64,000 nt of DNA from Candidatus Omnitrophota bacterium (GTDB lineage: Bacteria; Omnitrophota; Omnitrophia; Omnitrophales; Aquincolibacteriaceae). Below, piece by piece: positions 43,128-53,362 of this stretch; position 1 is the first letter of the stretch; each line of letters begins with the position of its first letter. Below the pieces are notes generated by a model that saw only the letters and a program-made list of their open reading frames with translations, was not told the DNA's origin and searched no databases. Location of the stretch: the NCBI GenBank assembly GCA_043803685.1, contig JAZDJU010000037.1:64001-128000 (forward strand), given 5' to 3'. The translations under genes were made by a program, and so were the position numbers.

Positions 43128-45584
43128 TTAAACGTTCTCGTCGTCGCCGGAGCTGGATTCAGCTTCAACGGGGGTGGCCTCGGTGTAATCGCCGGCGGGA
43201 TTCGGGAGAAGGATCTCACGGGGTTTCGCGCCATCCTGAGGACCGATCACGCCCGCGGCTTCCAGTTGGTCCACCACACGCGCGGCCCGCGAATAGCCGA
43301 GTCTCAGGCGTCTTTGTAAATAGGAGGTCGAAGCCTGACGCGTGGTGAGCACAATGCGCTTGGCTTCTTCAAACATATCATCTTTTTCTCCAGCGCCCCC
43401 GGGCATCGAACTATTCTGAGCCGCCTGGATCTCATTGTGATATTCCGGCTTGCCCTGGCTTGCGACAAAAGCCACGACCCCGTTGATCTCCTCGTCCTCA
43501 ATGAGCGGCGCTTGTCCACGGATCATGTTGTCGCTTCCGGGCTGCACAAAAAGCATGTCCCCGCGTCCCAAAAGTTTGTCGGCGCCCTTATTGTCGAGGA
43601 TCGTACGGGAATCGACGACCGAAGCCACTTTGAAAGCCACGCGTGCGGGAAAATTCGCTTTAATGACGCCGGTAATGACGTCCACCGAAGGACGCTGGGT
43701 CGCGAGGATCAAATGGATACCGACCGCGCGCGAGAGTTGCGCGAGCCGTGTGATCGCCGTTTCCACCTTGTCCTGCGCCACGAGCATGAGATCCGCGAGT
43801 TCGTCGATAATGACCACAATGTAAGGGATCGTCGCCGGAACCACATTCTCGGAATCTCCTGCCGCAGCCACCTGCTTTTTGCTTTCTTCGGAGAGCTCGC
43901 GGGTGTTAAAACCGACAATATTCCTCACGCCGATCGTGGCGAAAAGACGGTACCGTTTTTCCATTTCCATCACGACCCAATTAAGCGTATTGGCCGCCTT
44001 GCGCACGTCCGTCACCACGGGGGAAAGCATGTGGGGGATCTTGTTATAGACGGCAAGCTCCACCATCTTGGGGTCCACCATGACCAGCTTCAGTTGGGAA
44101 GGCGTGCAGTGATAAAGGAATCCGGTGATAATGGAATTGATGCAAACCGTCTTGCCACTGCCGGTGGTCCCGGCGATCAGGATATGAGGCATGGACGCCA
44201 GGTCCGCGATCATCGGCTTCCCGCCCGTATCTTTCCCGAGGATCAGGGGCAGCATACATTTCTGGGAACGAAAATCGGAATTCTCGATCATCTCGCGCAC
44301 CAGGATCGGCCGCGACACGGTGTTCGGCACTTCGATCCCGATCGTCTGCTTCCCCGGGATCGGAATGATCATGCGGATGCTCGTCGCGCGGAGCGCCATG
44401 GAAATATCGTCCTCGTAAGCCGCGATCGAATTGGCGCGAACGCCGGGCGCGGGAAGGATCTCGTAGAGCGTGATCTTCGGGCCCTGCTCCACCTCGACCA
44501 CCTTCACCTCGATCTCAAACTCGGCTAGTGTCGCCTCGATGGCCTTGGAGTTGGCCTCGAGATCATCGCCTGCCCCGGGCAGATCACCCTTCGGTCTCTT
44601 CAAAAGATCCACGGAAGGAAACTGGTACTGAGCGTCCGCCTTGATCTGCGAACCGATCACTCCTTTGAACGACGGCTCGTCCTCGCCACCAGACGATGCT
44701 TCTTTTCCTTTAGCGGGATTGTCCGTCTTGATCGTTAGGGGCGGCACTATTGGCTTTTTGACAGGTTCCTTGATTTCTTCTTTCAATTTCTTTTCGACCT
44801 TGGTCTTATCGTCAGCCATCCCCGCCGTGGGTTGATAGGTCTTGATCTTGAGTGGGATGTCCGGCATCCGGGGCGCTGTCTTCTCTTTTTCTCTGCCTGC
44901 CAGAAGGACCGCTTTGCCATTTTCCTTTTCCTTGGCCTTCTCTTTTTCCTTCTCCCTCTGTTTGAGCTCCTTGAGTTGTTTCTCCTGTTCCTTTTTCAGA
45001 AAGGCGGCATTCCCGTTCTTTTGAGGTTCCCGGGCAAACCGCTCGGAAACGCTTTCAAAGAACGCACGCAATTTTTCAAGAAGTCCGCGGAACAGAGGAT
45101 AAAGGAGAAAATCCGTTGCCAGAAGAAGCGACAAGAGAAGCGCGGAACCGGCAAGGATGTAGCTTCCGAGACGCCCGAAATACCGCAGAAGATGATTGCC
45201 GACCACGTATCCGAACGCGCCACCGTAGATAAAACGCTGCTGAGGTCCGGCGGAGATCGAAACGAGGGTCGCGATGGAAAGAAGCGCGATCGCAAGCCCG
45301 GCGAACTTGAAGATCTTGCGCTCAGGAACCTTCTGGAGAAAGAAGCACTCCGCCCAGAGCAGGAAAACGAAAGGGATCACAAAGGCGCTAACGCCAAAGA
45401 CAAGGAAAAGGCCGAACGCGACATACGCCCCAAAAACGCCCGCGTAATTCGCGACAGGGACTGCCGGTTGGGACGTGTAGAAAGCGATGTCCTCCGCGTG
45501 GTAAAAAAAGAGGCTCGCGAAGGTGAAAAGCCCCAGCAAAAGGAAAAAAACTCCCCAGATCTCGTTGACTCGTTCTTTTTTCAT
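43128..45584 (-). CDS. ftsK: DNA translocase FtsK/SpoIIIE
   Basis: N-terminal 4-TM domain, GTTGSGKT Walker A, IDELADLM, QRPSVDVITG and gamma domain LQRRLRLGYSRAAR. Confidence 0.97.
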   Translation of the reverse strand: MKKERVNEIWGVFFLLLGLFTFASLFFYHAEDIAFYTSQPAVPVANYAGVFGAYVAFGLFLVFGVSAFVIPFVFLLWAECFFLQKVPERKIFKFAGLAIALLSIATLVSISAGPQQRFIYGGAFGYVVGNHLLRYFGRLGSYILAGSALLLSLLLATDFLLYPLFRGLLEKLRAFFESVSERFAREPQKNGNAAFLKKEQEKQLKELKQREKEKEKAKEKENGKAVLLAGREKEKTAPRMPDIPLKIKTYQPTAGMADDKTKVEKKLKEEIKEPVKKPIVPPLTIKTDNPAKGKEASSGGEDEPSFKGVIGSQIKADAQYQFPSVDLLKRPKGDLPGAGDDLEANSKAIEATLAEFEIEVKVVEVEQGPKITLYEILPAPGVRANSIAAYEDDISMALRATSIRMIIPIPGKQTIGIEVPNTVSRPILVREMIENSDFRSQKCMLPLILGKDTGGKPMIADLASMPHILIAGTTGSGKTVCINSIITGFLYHCTPSQLKLVMVDPKMVELAVYNKIPHMLSPVVTDVRKAANTLNWVVMEMEKRYRLFATIGVRNIVGFNTRELSEESKKQVAAAGDSENVVPATIPYIVVIIDELADLMLVAQDKVETAITRLAQLSRAVGIHLILATQRPSVDVITGVIKANFPARVAFKVASVVDSRTILDNKGADKLLGRGDMLFVQPGSDNMIRGQAPLIEDEEINGVVAFVASQGKPEYHNEIQAAQNSSMPGGAGEKDDMFEEAKRIVLTTRQASTSYLQRRLRLGYSRAARVVDQLEAAGVIGPQDGAKPREILLPNPAGDYTEATPVEAESSSGDDENV

Positions 45585-45588
45585 AATT

Positions 45589-45696
45589 TAAAGCGGTCGG
45601 CGTTAAGCGGACAGCGTAAAGAATATTAAGTGAATGATAGGTGAACGATTATATTTTCAGCCGTTCTGAACGCTTAGCGCTTGACGCTGTACGCTA
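45589..45696. repeat. Heptamer-array inverted repeat element (dut-ftsK)
   Basis: taaagcg/gtcggcg/ttaagcg/gacagcg ... cgcttag/cgcttga/cgctgta/cgcta. Confidence 0.8.
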
Positions 45697-45700
45697 CGGT

Positions 45701-46150
45701 TCAATGGCCCGTATGACCGAAACCGCCGGCACCCCGGCGTGTTCCGTCGAGATTATCGACTACTTCGAGGTTCGCCTTAACCACCTCGGCAAGGACCATT
45801 TGAGCGATCCGCATTCCTCGCGTCACGGTAAAAGCTTCTTTCGCGTGATTGATCAAAATGACTTGGATCTCGCCGCGATAATCGGAGTCGATCGTTCCCG
45901 GCGTGTTGAGGAGTGTGATCCCGTGCTTGATCGCGAGACCGCTCCGGGGACGAACCTGGGCCTCCATCTGCTTGGGAAGAGCGATCTGGATCCCCGTGGG
46001 CACCAGGACACGATCCCCCGGTTGAAGCGTGATGGGGTCCGAGCAGGCGGCCAGAAGATCGATGCCGCTCGCGCCTTCGGTCTGGTATTGCGGAAGTGGA
46101 AGGCCTTCGAAATGAGGCAGTGTTTTGATCTGAATGTTCAGTTCGTACAT
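45701..46150 (-). CDS. dut: dUTP diphosphatase
   Basis: [22 protein letters not shown] and [10 protein letters not shown] motifs. Confidence 0.98.
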   Translation of the reverse strand: MYELNIQIKTLPHFEGLPLPQYQTEGASGIDLLAACSDPITLQPGDRVLVPTGIQIALPKQMEAQVRPRSGLAIKHGITLLNTPGTIDSDYRGEIQVILINHAKEAFTVTRGMRIAQMVLAEVVKANLEVVDNLDGTRRGAGGFGHTGH

Positions 46151-46165
46151 ATTTTTGAGTAAAAA

Positions 46166-46245
46166 AAGTCGTAAGTTATAAGCGATAAGTTGTAAGAAAT
46201 GCGTCAGAGCAAAAACTTACAACTTACCGCTTACCCCTTACAGCT
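46166..46245. repeat. Heptamer-array inverted repeat element (pnp-dut)
   Basis: aagtcgt/aagttat/aagcgat/aagttgt ... cttacaa/cttaccg/cttaccc/cttacag. Confidence 0.85.
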
Positions 46246-46248
46246 ATC

Positions 46249-48432
46249 TTAGCGGCGGGGCCGTCCGCGTCCGCCACGATCATCGCGGTCGCGTCTCGGA
46301 GGCGCTGCCTCAACGACCGTCCTCTGATCTTCGGGAAGGATCGGGAGAGGTTCGGTCATCGCTTGCTTGATGCTCAGGCTGATCTTGCCCCGCTCATCAA
46401 CGCTCAGGACCTTCACCTTCACTTTGTCGCCCACGCGGAGATAATCCCCGGCGCTCTTCACGAACCCTTCGGTGATCTCGGACACGTGACAAAGACCATC
46501 CTTGCCCGGCAACACTTCACAGAACGCGCCGAACGGCATCAGCTTCTGGACCGTGCTGTCATAGATCTTGCCGATCTCGGCATCTTCGGTGACCGCTTGA
46601 ACGCGCGCGATAGCCGCTTGCGAGGATTCATTGCTCATCGCCGCGATGAAGACACGCCCGTCATCTTCGATATCGATCTTGGCGCCGGTTTCTTCCACGA
46701 TCTTGCGGATGTTCTTGCCTCCGGGACCGATCAACATGCCGATCTTTTCAGGATCGATCTTAAGCGTCGTAATGCGCGGCGCGAATTCCGACAGTTCCTT
46801 CGGCGTCTTGATGCAACCCGCGATCAGGTCCAGGATCTTGAAACGCGCCTGTTTCGCCTGATCGAACGCTTCCTTGAGCTGAGGTTCCGTAATGCCGTCG
46901 ATCTTCATATCCATTTGAAGCGCTGTGAGTCCTTCGCGCGTTCCCGCAGCTTTGAGATCCATATCGCCCAAATGATCTTCGATCCCAGCGATATCCGTCA
47001 GGACCTTCCAGCGATTCTTATCCGTCACAAGTCCGATCGCGATACCCGCCACCGGCGCCTTGATCGGAACCCCGGCGTCCATCAGCGCGAGCGTTCCACC
47101 GCAAACCGTCGCCATGGAACTCGAACCGTTGGATTCCATGATCTCGGAAACGAGACGAATGGTGTAAGGAAAATCTTCCTGCGACGGGAGAATGGCTTCC
47201 AGCGCACGTGACGCGAGCGCCCCGTGACCGATCTCACGACGTCCGGTCCCGCGATTAGGCCCGACCTCGCCCACGCTGTAGTGAGGAAAATTGTAATGGA
47301 GCATGAAACGCCTGGAATAGTTCTTTTCCAGGGCGTCAATGGTCTGTTCGTCATCGCCCGTGCCGAGCGTGGTCACGCTCAAACTCTGGGTCTGTCCGCG
47401 CGTAAAAAGCGAAGACCCGTGGGTCCTCGGCAAAATGCCGATCTCACAGGTGATCTGTCGAATGTCGCGCTCCCCTCGTCCGTCCGGGCGTTTCCCGGTG
47501 GAAAGAACGAAATCACGGATCTTTTCGTGTTCGAGTCGCGCAAACGCAATCTTCACGAGCGCCTCATCAAAACCTTCGGCTTTGGTATCGCACACCGCGA
47601 GGGCCTTTTCATAAAGACCTTTCAGGAACGCTTCCTGCGCTTCCTTGCCTGACTGCGAAAACATTTTCTCGAATTCATTTCCGATCGCGGCCTTGATCTT
47701 CTCTTCCATGCCCGCCGCAAAAGCGAGGGGCTTCACGGCCTTTTTGGTCTTGCCTGCTTTTTTCACAAGATCGAGTTGGAGTTGCACGGCCTTCTTGACC
47801 GCTTCATGCCCCACCTTAAGAGCCTCAAGCATCTGTTCTTCGGAGATCTCCTTCGCGCCCGCTTCGATCATCACGATCTTTTCGAGTGTGCCGGCGACCA
47901 CGAGATCCAAGGCACTTGCCTCGAGTTCCTGATGCGTGGGATTCACAATGAACTGCCCGTCCACGAGCCCGACGCGCGCGGCGCCGAGAGCGGTCGTGTA
48001 AGGAATATCGGAGATCATAAGCGCCGCCGAAGCCGCGTTCATAGCAAAGACCTCAGTCATGTTCTCGCCATCGATCGAGAGCACCGTGACTGAGACTTGC
48101 ACTTCGTTCAGATAATCTTCAGGGAAAAGGGGGCGGATGGGCCGATCGATCAGACGTGAGGTCAGGATCTCCTTTTCGGAAGGGCGTCCTTCCCGCTTGA
48201 AAAAACCGCCCGGGATCTTCCCGGCGGCGTAAGTGCGTTCGCGGTAATCCACGGTAAGCGGAAAGAAATCGCGGATCTCTTTTTTGTCCGCCGCGGCAAC
48301 CACGGCAGCCAGGACCACTGTCCCGCCACTTTGAATGAGTACGGCGCCATGGGCCTGTTTGGCCATGCGTCCGGTTTCCAGGGACACTTCGCGTCCCCCG
48401 ATCTGAGTTGAGACTTTTTCGAGCTTTGTCAT
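46249..48432 (-). CDS. pnp: Polyribonucleotide nucleotidyltransferase (PNPase)
   Basis: DFFPLTVDY, RREIGHG and SNGSSSMA motifs; KH and S1 domains. Confidence 0.98.
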   Translation of the reverse strand: MTKLEKVSTQIGGREVSLETGRMAKQAHGAVLIQSGGTVVLAAVVAAADKKEIRDFFPLTVDYRERTYAAGKIPGGFFKREGRPSEKEILTSRLIDRPIRPLFPEDYLNEVQVSVTVLSIDGENMTEVFAMNAASAALMISDIPYTTALGAARVGLVDGQFIVNPTHQELEASALDLVVAGTLEKIVMIEAGAKEISEEQMLEALKVGHEAVKKAVQLQLDLVKKAGKTKKAVKPLAFAAGMEEKIKAAIGNEFEKMFSQSGKEAQEAFLKGLYEKALAVCDTKAEGFDEALVKIAFARLEHEKIRDFVLSTGKRPDGRGERDIRQITCEIGILPRTHGSSLFTRGQTQSLSVTTLGTGDDEQTIDALEKNYSRRFMLHYNFPHYSVGEVGPNRGTGRREIGHGALASRALEAILPSQEDFPYTIRLVSEIMESNGSSSMATVCGGTLALMDAGVPIKAPVAGIAIGLVTDKNRWKVLTDIAGIEDHLGDMDLKAAGTREGLTALQMDMKIDGITEPQLKEAFDQAKQARFKILDLIAGCIKTPKELSEFAPRITTLKIDPEKIGMLIGPGGKNIRKIVEETGAKIDIEDDGRVFIAAMSNESSQAAIARVQAVTEDAEIGKIYDSTVQKLMPFGAFCEVLPGKDGLCHVSEITEGFVKSAGDYLRVGDKVKVKVLSVDERGKISLSIKQAMTEPLPILPEDQRTVVEAAPPRRDRDDRGGRGRPRR

Positions 48433-48503
48433 GTGAGGTTACACCTTTCGCTTGTGAGATTGGGACTTCTTCAAGATAAGAGCAAAAAACTGAAACGAGG
48501 AAA

Positions 48504-48773
48504 TTACTTCCTCAGATCGAGGCGCACGAGGATCTGCTTGTATTTCTCAGGAGCCTCGCTCTCAAGGTGCTTCAGTAGCTTTTTGCGGCGGCTGACCATC
48601 TTGATAAGCCCGTAGCGCGAATGGTGATCTTTGACATTCTTTGCAAAATGTCCGGAAAGACCGTTGATGCGCTCTGTGAGAAGGGCGATCTGTACTTCAT
48701 CGGACCCTGAATCATTCTTGGTGGTCTTGTATTTCGTGATGATCTCTTTTTTCTTCGTCTTTGCTAATGCCAT
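48504..48773 (-). CDS. rpsO: 30S ribosomal protein S15
   Basis: DSGSDEVQIALLT and KDHHSRYGL motifs. Confidence 0.98.
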   Translation of the reverse strand: MALAKTKKKEIITKYKTTKNDSGSDEVQIALLTERINGLSGHFAKNVKDHHSRYGLIKMVSRRKKLLKHLESEAPEKYKQILVRLDLRK

Positions 48774-48920
48774 TTTCTTCCTAACTCCTTGTGCTTTCGT
48801 CGGTTATGTCGTTTATCTCATCTCTGAGGTTGCGGGAGTATACTCTACCCCCCCTCCTTTTGTCCAGATTTTTCGACCGGCCCCCTATTTTCAAAATCCC
48901 GCCGCGCCTCACCCGATCCG

Positions 48921-49967
48921 TTAAGGATTGGGATGGGAGACCCGCCATAACTTCCCATGACACCGCCTTGCGGCTAAAACATCGTTCCGGATCTTGGCCT
49001 TGAGCGCCTCTTCCGACTGGAATTTCTTCTCAGGGCGAAGAAAGCGATGGAGGGCCACTTCCATCATCTCGCCATAGACCTGCCCTTTAAAATCAAGAAG
49101 GTGCAGCTCCAGGACGGGACGCGGCGTCTCTCCCTTGGGATAGGTCGGCCGCTTTCCAAAATTCATGACGCCGGGAAGCCAATCCCCTGTGCCACGGGAC
49201 ACGGGACACGGGACACGTAAAGCCCAAGGACTTTTTCGTGGCTCGTGGTGCGTGGCACGTGTCCCGGAAGCTAAGAACCTCGCCGAAGCGACATACACCC
49301 CTAGCGGCAGCAGAACTTCCGAATGGACCTCGAGATTCGCCGTCGGGAACCCGAGGTGAGCTCCGTGGCCTTTTCCGTGAATGACTTTGCCGTACATGCT
49401 GAAAGGCCGGCCGAGGCATGCCTGGGCTTTCTCGACCTCTCCCTTCATAAGAAGCTCACGAACCCTGGAGCTGGAAATCGGTTTACCTCCTAGCATCACG
49501 GGTTTCATTTTTTTAAAAAGGAATCCGTTCGAGCGCGCGAGCCGTGCCATGAGACCCGTGTCCCCCTTCCGCCCGCGGCCGAAGTGAGCATCGTAGCCCA
49601 TGCATATCTCGCGAATGTGAAGCCGCTTCACGAGGATCTTCTTCGCGAAATCTTCGGGCGTCATTTTCGCAAAGGCCGGCGTAAAAGACTGAAGGAAACA
49701 AAGATCGATCCCGGCTTGCGCCAGATAAAAAAGTTTCTGCTCGACGCTCATGAGCATCATGGGTTTGCGTGACGGATGGAGCATGCTATGCGGGTGCTCG
49801 GGAAACGTCAGAACTGCGGCGAGGGCGCGTTCCTTTTTCGCCTGCCGGACCACGTAACGCAGGAGTTTTTGATGGCCGAGGTGAAAGCCGTCGAAATTCC
49901 CCAACGCAAGAACGATGGGCCGCGACGAACAGGCTTTATACTTTCGAAGGTCCGGGAGGATCTGCAT
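48921..49967 (-). CDS. ribF: Bifunctional riboflavin kinase/FAD synthetase with a repeat-derived in-frame insertion
   Basis: GNFDGFHLGH, ISSSRVR, GFPTAN, G.RPT and LRPEKKF motifs. Confidence 0.96.
   Translation of the reverse strand: MQILPDLRKYKACSSRPIVLALGNFDGFHLGHQKLLRYVVRQAKKERALAAVLTFPEHPHSMLHPSRKPMMLMSVEQKLFYLAQAGIDLCFLQSFTPAFAKMTPEDFAKKILVKRLHIREICMGYDAHFGRGRKGDTGLMARLARSNGFLFKKMKPVMLGGKPISSSRVRELLMKGEVEKAQACLGRPFSMYGKVIHGKGHGAHLGFPTANLEVHSEVLLPLGVYVASARFLASGTRATHHEPRKSPWALRVPCPVSRGTGDWLPGVMNFGKRPTYPKGETPRPVLELHLLDFKGQVYGEMMEVALHRFLRPEKKFQSEEALKAKIRNDVLAARRCHGKLWRVSHPNP
49186..49267. repeat. Heptamer-array inverted repeat element inside ribF
   Basis: cacggga x3 + cacg ... cgtggct/cgtggtg/cgtggca/cgtgtcc. 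Confidence 0.85.
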
Positions 49968-50676
49968 GGACTAAGGTGGCGCTCAAAGGGAGCACTTTGG
50001 TGCGAAGTTCGACCGGCGTGAAATTCTTCAGGTCGTCGATCGTGACGCTTTGTTCCAACCTGAACGGGCCGCTCCGAAGACGGCGCAGACGCGCGAGCGT
50101 GGCATAACAACCCAGCGATTCGCCAAGATCGTTCACGAGCGTGCGAACATAAGTACCTTTGGAAACATGCGCAAGGAACTCCACGAACTTGCCTTCCATT
50201 TTTTCAAAACGGAATTCATACACCATGACCGGCCGGCCGTCACGCTCCACGGTCTTGCCTTGGCGCGCGAGCTTGTAGAGACGGGTCCCCTCATGTTTAA
50301 GGGCTGAGACCATGGGCGGCACCTGAACAATATCACCCGTGAACTCCTTCGCGGCTTTGGCGCGAATGGCTTCAAGCGTGATGTGCTCCCAAGGCGCTTC
50401 CGCGGTCACCTTCCCTTGCCGGTCGTGGGAATCGGTTTGCACGCCAAGCTCCAACGCCCCAAAATATTCCTTGTTGCAGGCGCTGAGTTGCATGGAGCTC
50501 TTGGTCGCCTTGCCAAGGAGGAGTACGAGAAGCCCCGTCGCGAGAGGATCGAGCGTCCCTGCATGCCCGACTTTTTTGATGCCGAAGCGCCGGCGCACGA
50601 ACGCGCACACATCATGCGACGTCCAGTTCTCGGGTTTATCGACGAGCAGAACGCCGTCGATGAAATTCACATCCAT
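49936..50676 (-). CDS. truB: tRNA pseudouridine(55) synthase TruB
   Basis: DKP..WTSHD, GHAGTLDPLATG and SKGTYVRTL motifs. Confidence 0.97.
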   Translation of the reverse strand: MDVNFIDGVLLVDKPENWTSHDVCAFVRRRFGIKKVGHAGTLDPLATGLLVLLLGKATKSSMQLSACNKEYFGALELGVQTDSHDRQGKVTAEAPWEHITLEAIRAKAAKEFTGDIVQVPPMVSALKHEGTRLYKLARQGKTVERDGRPVMVYEFRFEKMEGKFVEFLAHVSKGTYVRTLVNDLGESLGCYATLARLRRLRSGPFRLEQSVTIDDLKNFTPVELRTKVLPLSATLVHADPPGPSKV

Positions 50677-51032
50677 TAGGAAGTTTTGTCCTTTTCTTCG
50701 ATCTTGCGAATGACCTGTCCTATCTCGAAATCCTTGTCGAGCGAGTCGTCCAGTTCAAATTGGAGCTTCGGCGTGTAACGCATCTTGATCGCCAGACCCA
50801 CCTCGTGCTGAAGGAACCCAGCCGCACGCTCGAGGACCTTGAGCGTTTCCTCTTTCTTTTTCTTGTCACCCATCACGCTAATGAACACGACGGCGGATTT
50901 GAGATCCGGAGTGATCTTCACGTGCATGACGGTCACGAACCCAAGGCGCGGGTCCTTGATCCGTTCCAGAATAAGACTGCCCAACTCCATCTGAAGGAGC
51001 GACGCCACGCGTTCCGTCCGTTTCCCTTGCAT
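50676..51032 (-). CDS. rbfA: Ribosome-binding factor A
   Basis: DPRLGFVTV, TPDLK.A and RYTPKLQF..D.S motifs. Confidence 0.96.
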   Translation of the reverse strand: MQGKRTERVASLLQMELGSLILERIKDPRLGFVTVMHVKITPDLKSAVVFISVMGDKKKKEETLKVLERAAGFLQHEVGLAIKMRYTPKLQFELDDSLDKDFEIGQVIRKIEEKDKTS

Positions 51033-51048
51033 ACGCTGCCCTCCAATT

Positions 51049-51107
51049 AAAAAGGCGTCACTGAAAGCGCCAGAACCAGGGCCCGGCTTTCTTTTTCAGT
51101 GACGCCT
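51049..51107 (-). terminator. Hairpin/terminator-like structure between infB and rbfA
   Basis: 14-bp inverted repeat aggcgtcactgaaa/tttcagtgacgcct followed by a T-run on the minus strand. Confidence 0.55.
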
Positions 51108-51120
51108 CCGTGATGGATGA

Positions 51121-53361
51121 TTATAATTTTGCGGCGAATTTGTCGATGCGATAAGATTCCAACAAGTCCCCTTCGCGAAGATCGTTGAAACCTTCCAGGG
51201 CGACCCCGCATTCGTAACCTTCCGCGACTTCCTTGACATCGTCCTTGAAACGTTTGAGGGACGACAACTTCCCATCGAAGATCACGACGTTATCGCGCAC
51301 GAGCCTCACGCGATGCTGCCGCGTAATGCGTCCTTTCATCACGATCGCCCCGCCGATATTTCCGACCCTTGAAGATTTGAAGATCTGGCGGACCTTGGTC
51401 TTGCCTTCGACCACTTCCTTGAGGTCTGGCTCCAGAATGCCTTCCATGGCTTTGCGGATCTTCTCGACCGCTTCATAAATGATGCTGTAAAAACGGATGT
51501 CCACGCCCTCTTTTTCCGCAAGGACTTGAGCTTTCGGATCGGCTTTGACATGAAAACCGATGATGATCGCATCAGAGGCCGCCGCGAGCATTACGTCCGA
51601 TTCGTTGATCCCGCCGACAATACCGTGGATCACGTGGAGCCGGCACTTTTCGGAGCTGATCTTTTCAAGCGACTGCGTGAGCGCCTCGATCGAGCCTTGC
51701 ATGTCCGCCTTGATGATGATCTTGAGCTCTTTGAAATTCCCTTCCGAAAGTTTCGAATAGAGACTTTCAAGCGACATGTGTTTCGGCGTCCCGCGCATCT
51801 GCCGTTCCCGGAGCTCCAGGACCTTTTGCTCCGTGATCGTTCTCGCGGTCTTCTCATCGGCTACCGCATAGACTGTCTCTCCCGCTTCGGGCACGCCGTT
51901 CAGGCCGCTCAATTCCACCGCATAGGCGGGACCGGCCTCGCGCACCATTTTCGCGCGGTCATTTTTCATGGCGCGGATCCGCCCCGTATACTGGCCTGCC
52001 ACCACAATATCGCCAAGCTTTAAGGTCCCCTTCTGGACGACCACGCTCGCGACAGGTCCACTTCCCTTTGAAATATGACTTTCGATCACAATGCCCACGG
52101 CCAGGCGATCGGGATTGGCTTTCAGTTCCAGGACTTCGGCCTCAAGAAGCAACATGTCCAGAAGATCCTCAATCCCTTTTCCGGTTTTCGCGGAAACTTT
52201 TACGACGATCGTCTTGCCGCCCCATTCTTCAGGCACGAGCCCGATCTTTTGCAGCTCTCCAAGAACTTTGGCGGGATTCGCGGCCGGAAGATCGATCTTG
52301 TTCATCGCCACCACAATCGGGCAACCCGCCTCACGCGCGTGGTCAATGGCCTCGATCGTTTGCGGCATCACGCCGTCATCGGCCGCCACCACGAGAACGA
52401 CCACGTCCGTCACGTTCGCGCCTCGGGCGCGCATGGCGGTAAAGGCCTCATGGCCCGGCGTGTCGAGAAACGTCACATGTCCTTTGCCCGGGATATCGAC
52501 GCCGTAAGCGCCGATGTGCTGGGTAATAAAACCTTTTTCTTTGGCCGCAACGTTCGTACTGCGGATCGCGTCAAGAAGCGATGTCTTGCCGTGGTCAACA
52601 TGTCCCATCATCGTCACGACCGGAGGCCGCGGCTTCAGCTGCGTGGGATCTTCGACCTCTCCACTCTTGATGATCTCCCGAGCCTCGTCTTCCATCTTGG
52701 TAATTTCGATCCCGAGAGCCCCACCGGCCGCGTAAACGATCTCTTCGTTCAAAAGCTGGTTCACATTCGCGAAAATGCCGATGCCCATCAGCGCCTTGAT
52801 CACTTCCGGAAGCCTCCGGTTCATCTTCTGAGCTAAGTCCCCGACGGTGATCGGAAACCGGATCGCGATCGTAGGCTTGGCGGGCGGAGGCGGCACCACT
52901 GGCTTTGGAGCGGGAACGACCGAGATCTCCGGCTTTGCTTTAGGTGTTTCCACGACAGGCGCAACCTTAACCTGAGTAACTTCGGGAGCCTTAGGCGCCA
53001 CCGGTTTCACCTCAGGCTTTTTCTCAACAACGGGAGGTGCGGAAGGTTTTTCTTCTTTTTTAACAGGGGCAGCCACGGCGACTTTGGGAACGACGCCCGC
53101 AACGACCGGTTTCGGAACCTGCGCTTTGACGACCGCAACAGGTTTCGCCTCTTCAACGGAAGGCTTGTCCACGGACTTAGTCTCTGCGAGAACTTTGGTC
53201 TTGGCCGGAGCCTTAGCAGTAACTTTTTTTTCTTTGACGACTTTGGTTGCAGGAGCTTTTACAGATGTCTTTTTGGGCAACTCGATCTTCTCGGTGGAAG
53301 CCTTCACAGTTTTTTTGACCGGCGTTTTTTTCTCTTTGGCTTTTTCTTTTTTTTCGGGCAT
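51121..53361 (-). CDS. infB: Translation initiation factor IF-2
   Basis: [20 protein letters not shown] and NKID motifs; Lys/Pro/Val-rich N-terminus; start trimmed to ATG 53361 just after the nusA stop. Confidence 0.97.
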   Translation of the reverse strand: MPEKKEKAKEKKTPVKKTVKASTEKIELPKKTSVKAPATKVVKEKKVTAKAPAKTKVLAETKSVDKPSVEEAKPVAVVKAQVPKPVVAGVVPKVAVAAPVKKEEKPSAPPVVEKKPEVKPVAPKAPEVTQVKVAPVVETPKAKPEISVVPAPKPVVPPPPAKPTIAIRFPITVGDLAQKMNRRLPEVIKALMGIGIFANVNQLLNEEIVYAAGGALGIEITKMEDEAREIIKSGEVEDPTQLKPRPPVVTMMGHVDHGKTSLLDAIRSTNVAAKEKGFITQHIGAYGVDIPGKGHVTFLDTPGHEAFTAMRARGANVTDVVVLVVAADDGVMPQTIEAIDHAREAGCPIVVAMNKIDLPAANPAKVLGELQKIGLVPEEWGGKTIVVKVSAKTGKGIEDLLDMLLLEAEVLELKANPDRLAVGIVIESHISKGSGPVASVVVQKGTLKLGDIVVAGQYTGRIRAMKNDRAKMVREAGPAYAVELSGLNGVPEAGETVYAVADEKTARTITEQKVLELRERQMRGTPKHMSLESLYSKLSEGNFKELKIIIKADMQGSIEALTQSLEKISSEKCRLHVIHGIVGGINESDVMLAAASDAIIIGFHVKADPKAQVLAEKEGVDIRFYSIIYEAVEKIRKAMEGILEPDLKEVVEGKTKVRQIFKSSRVGNIGGAIVMKGRITRQHRVRLVRDNVVIFDGKLSSLKRFKDDVKEVAEGYECGVALEGFNDLREGDLLESYRIDKFAAKL

Positions 53362-53362
53362 G

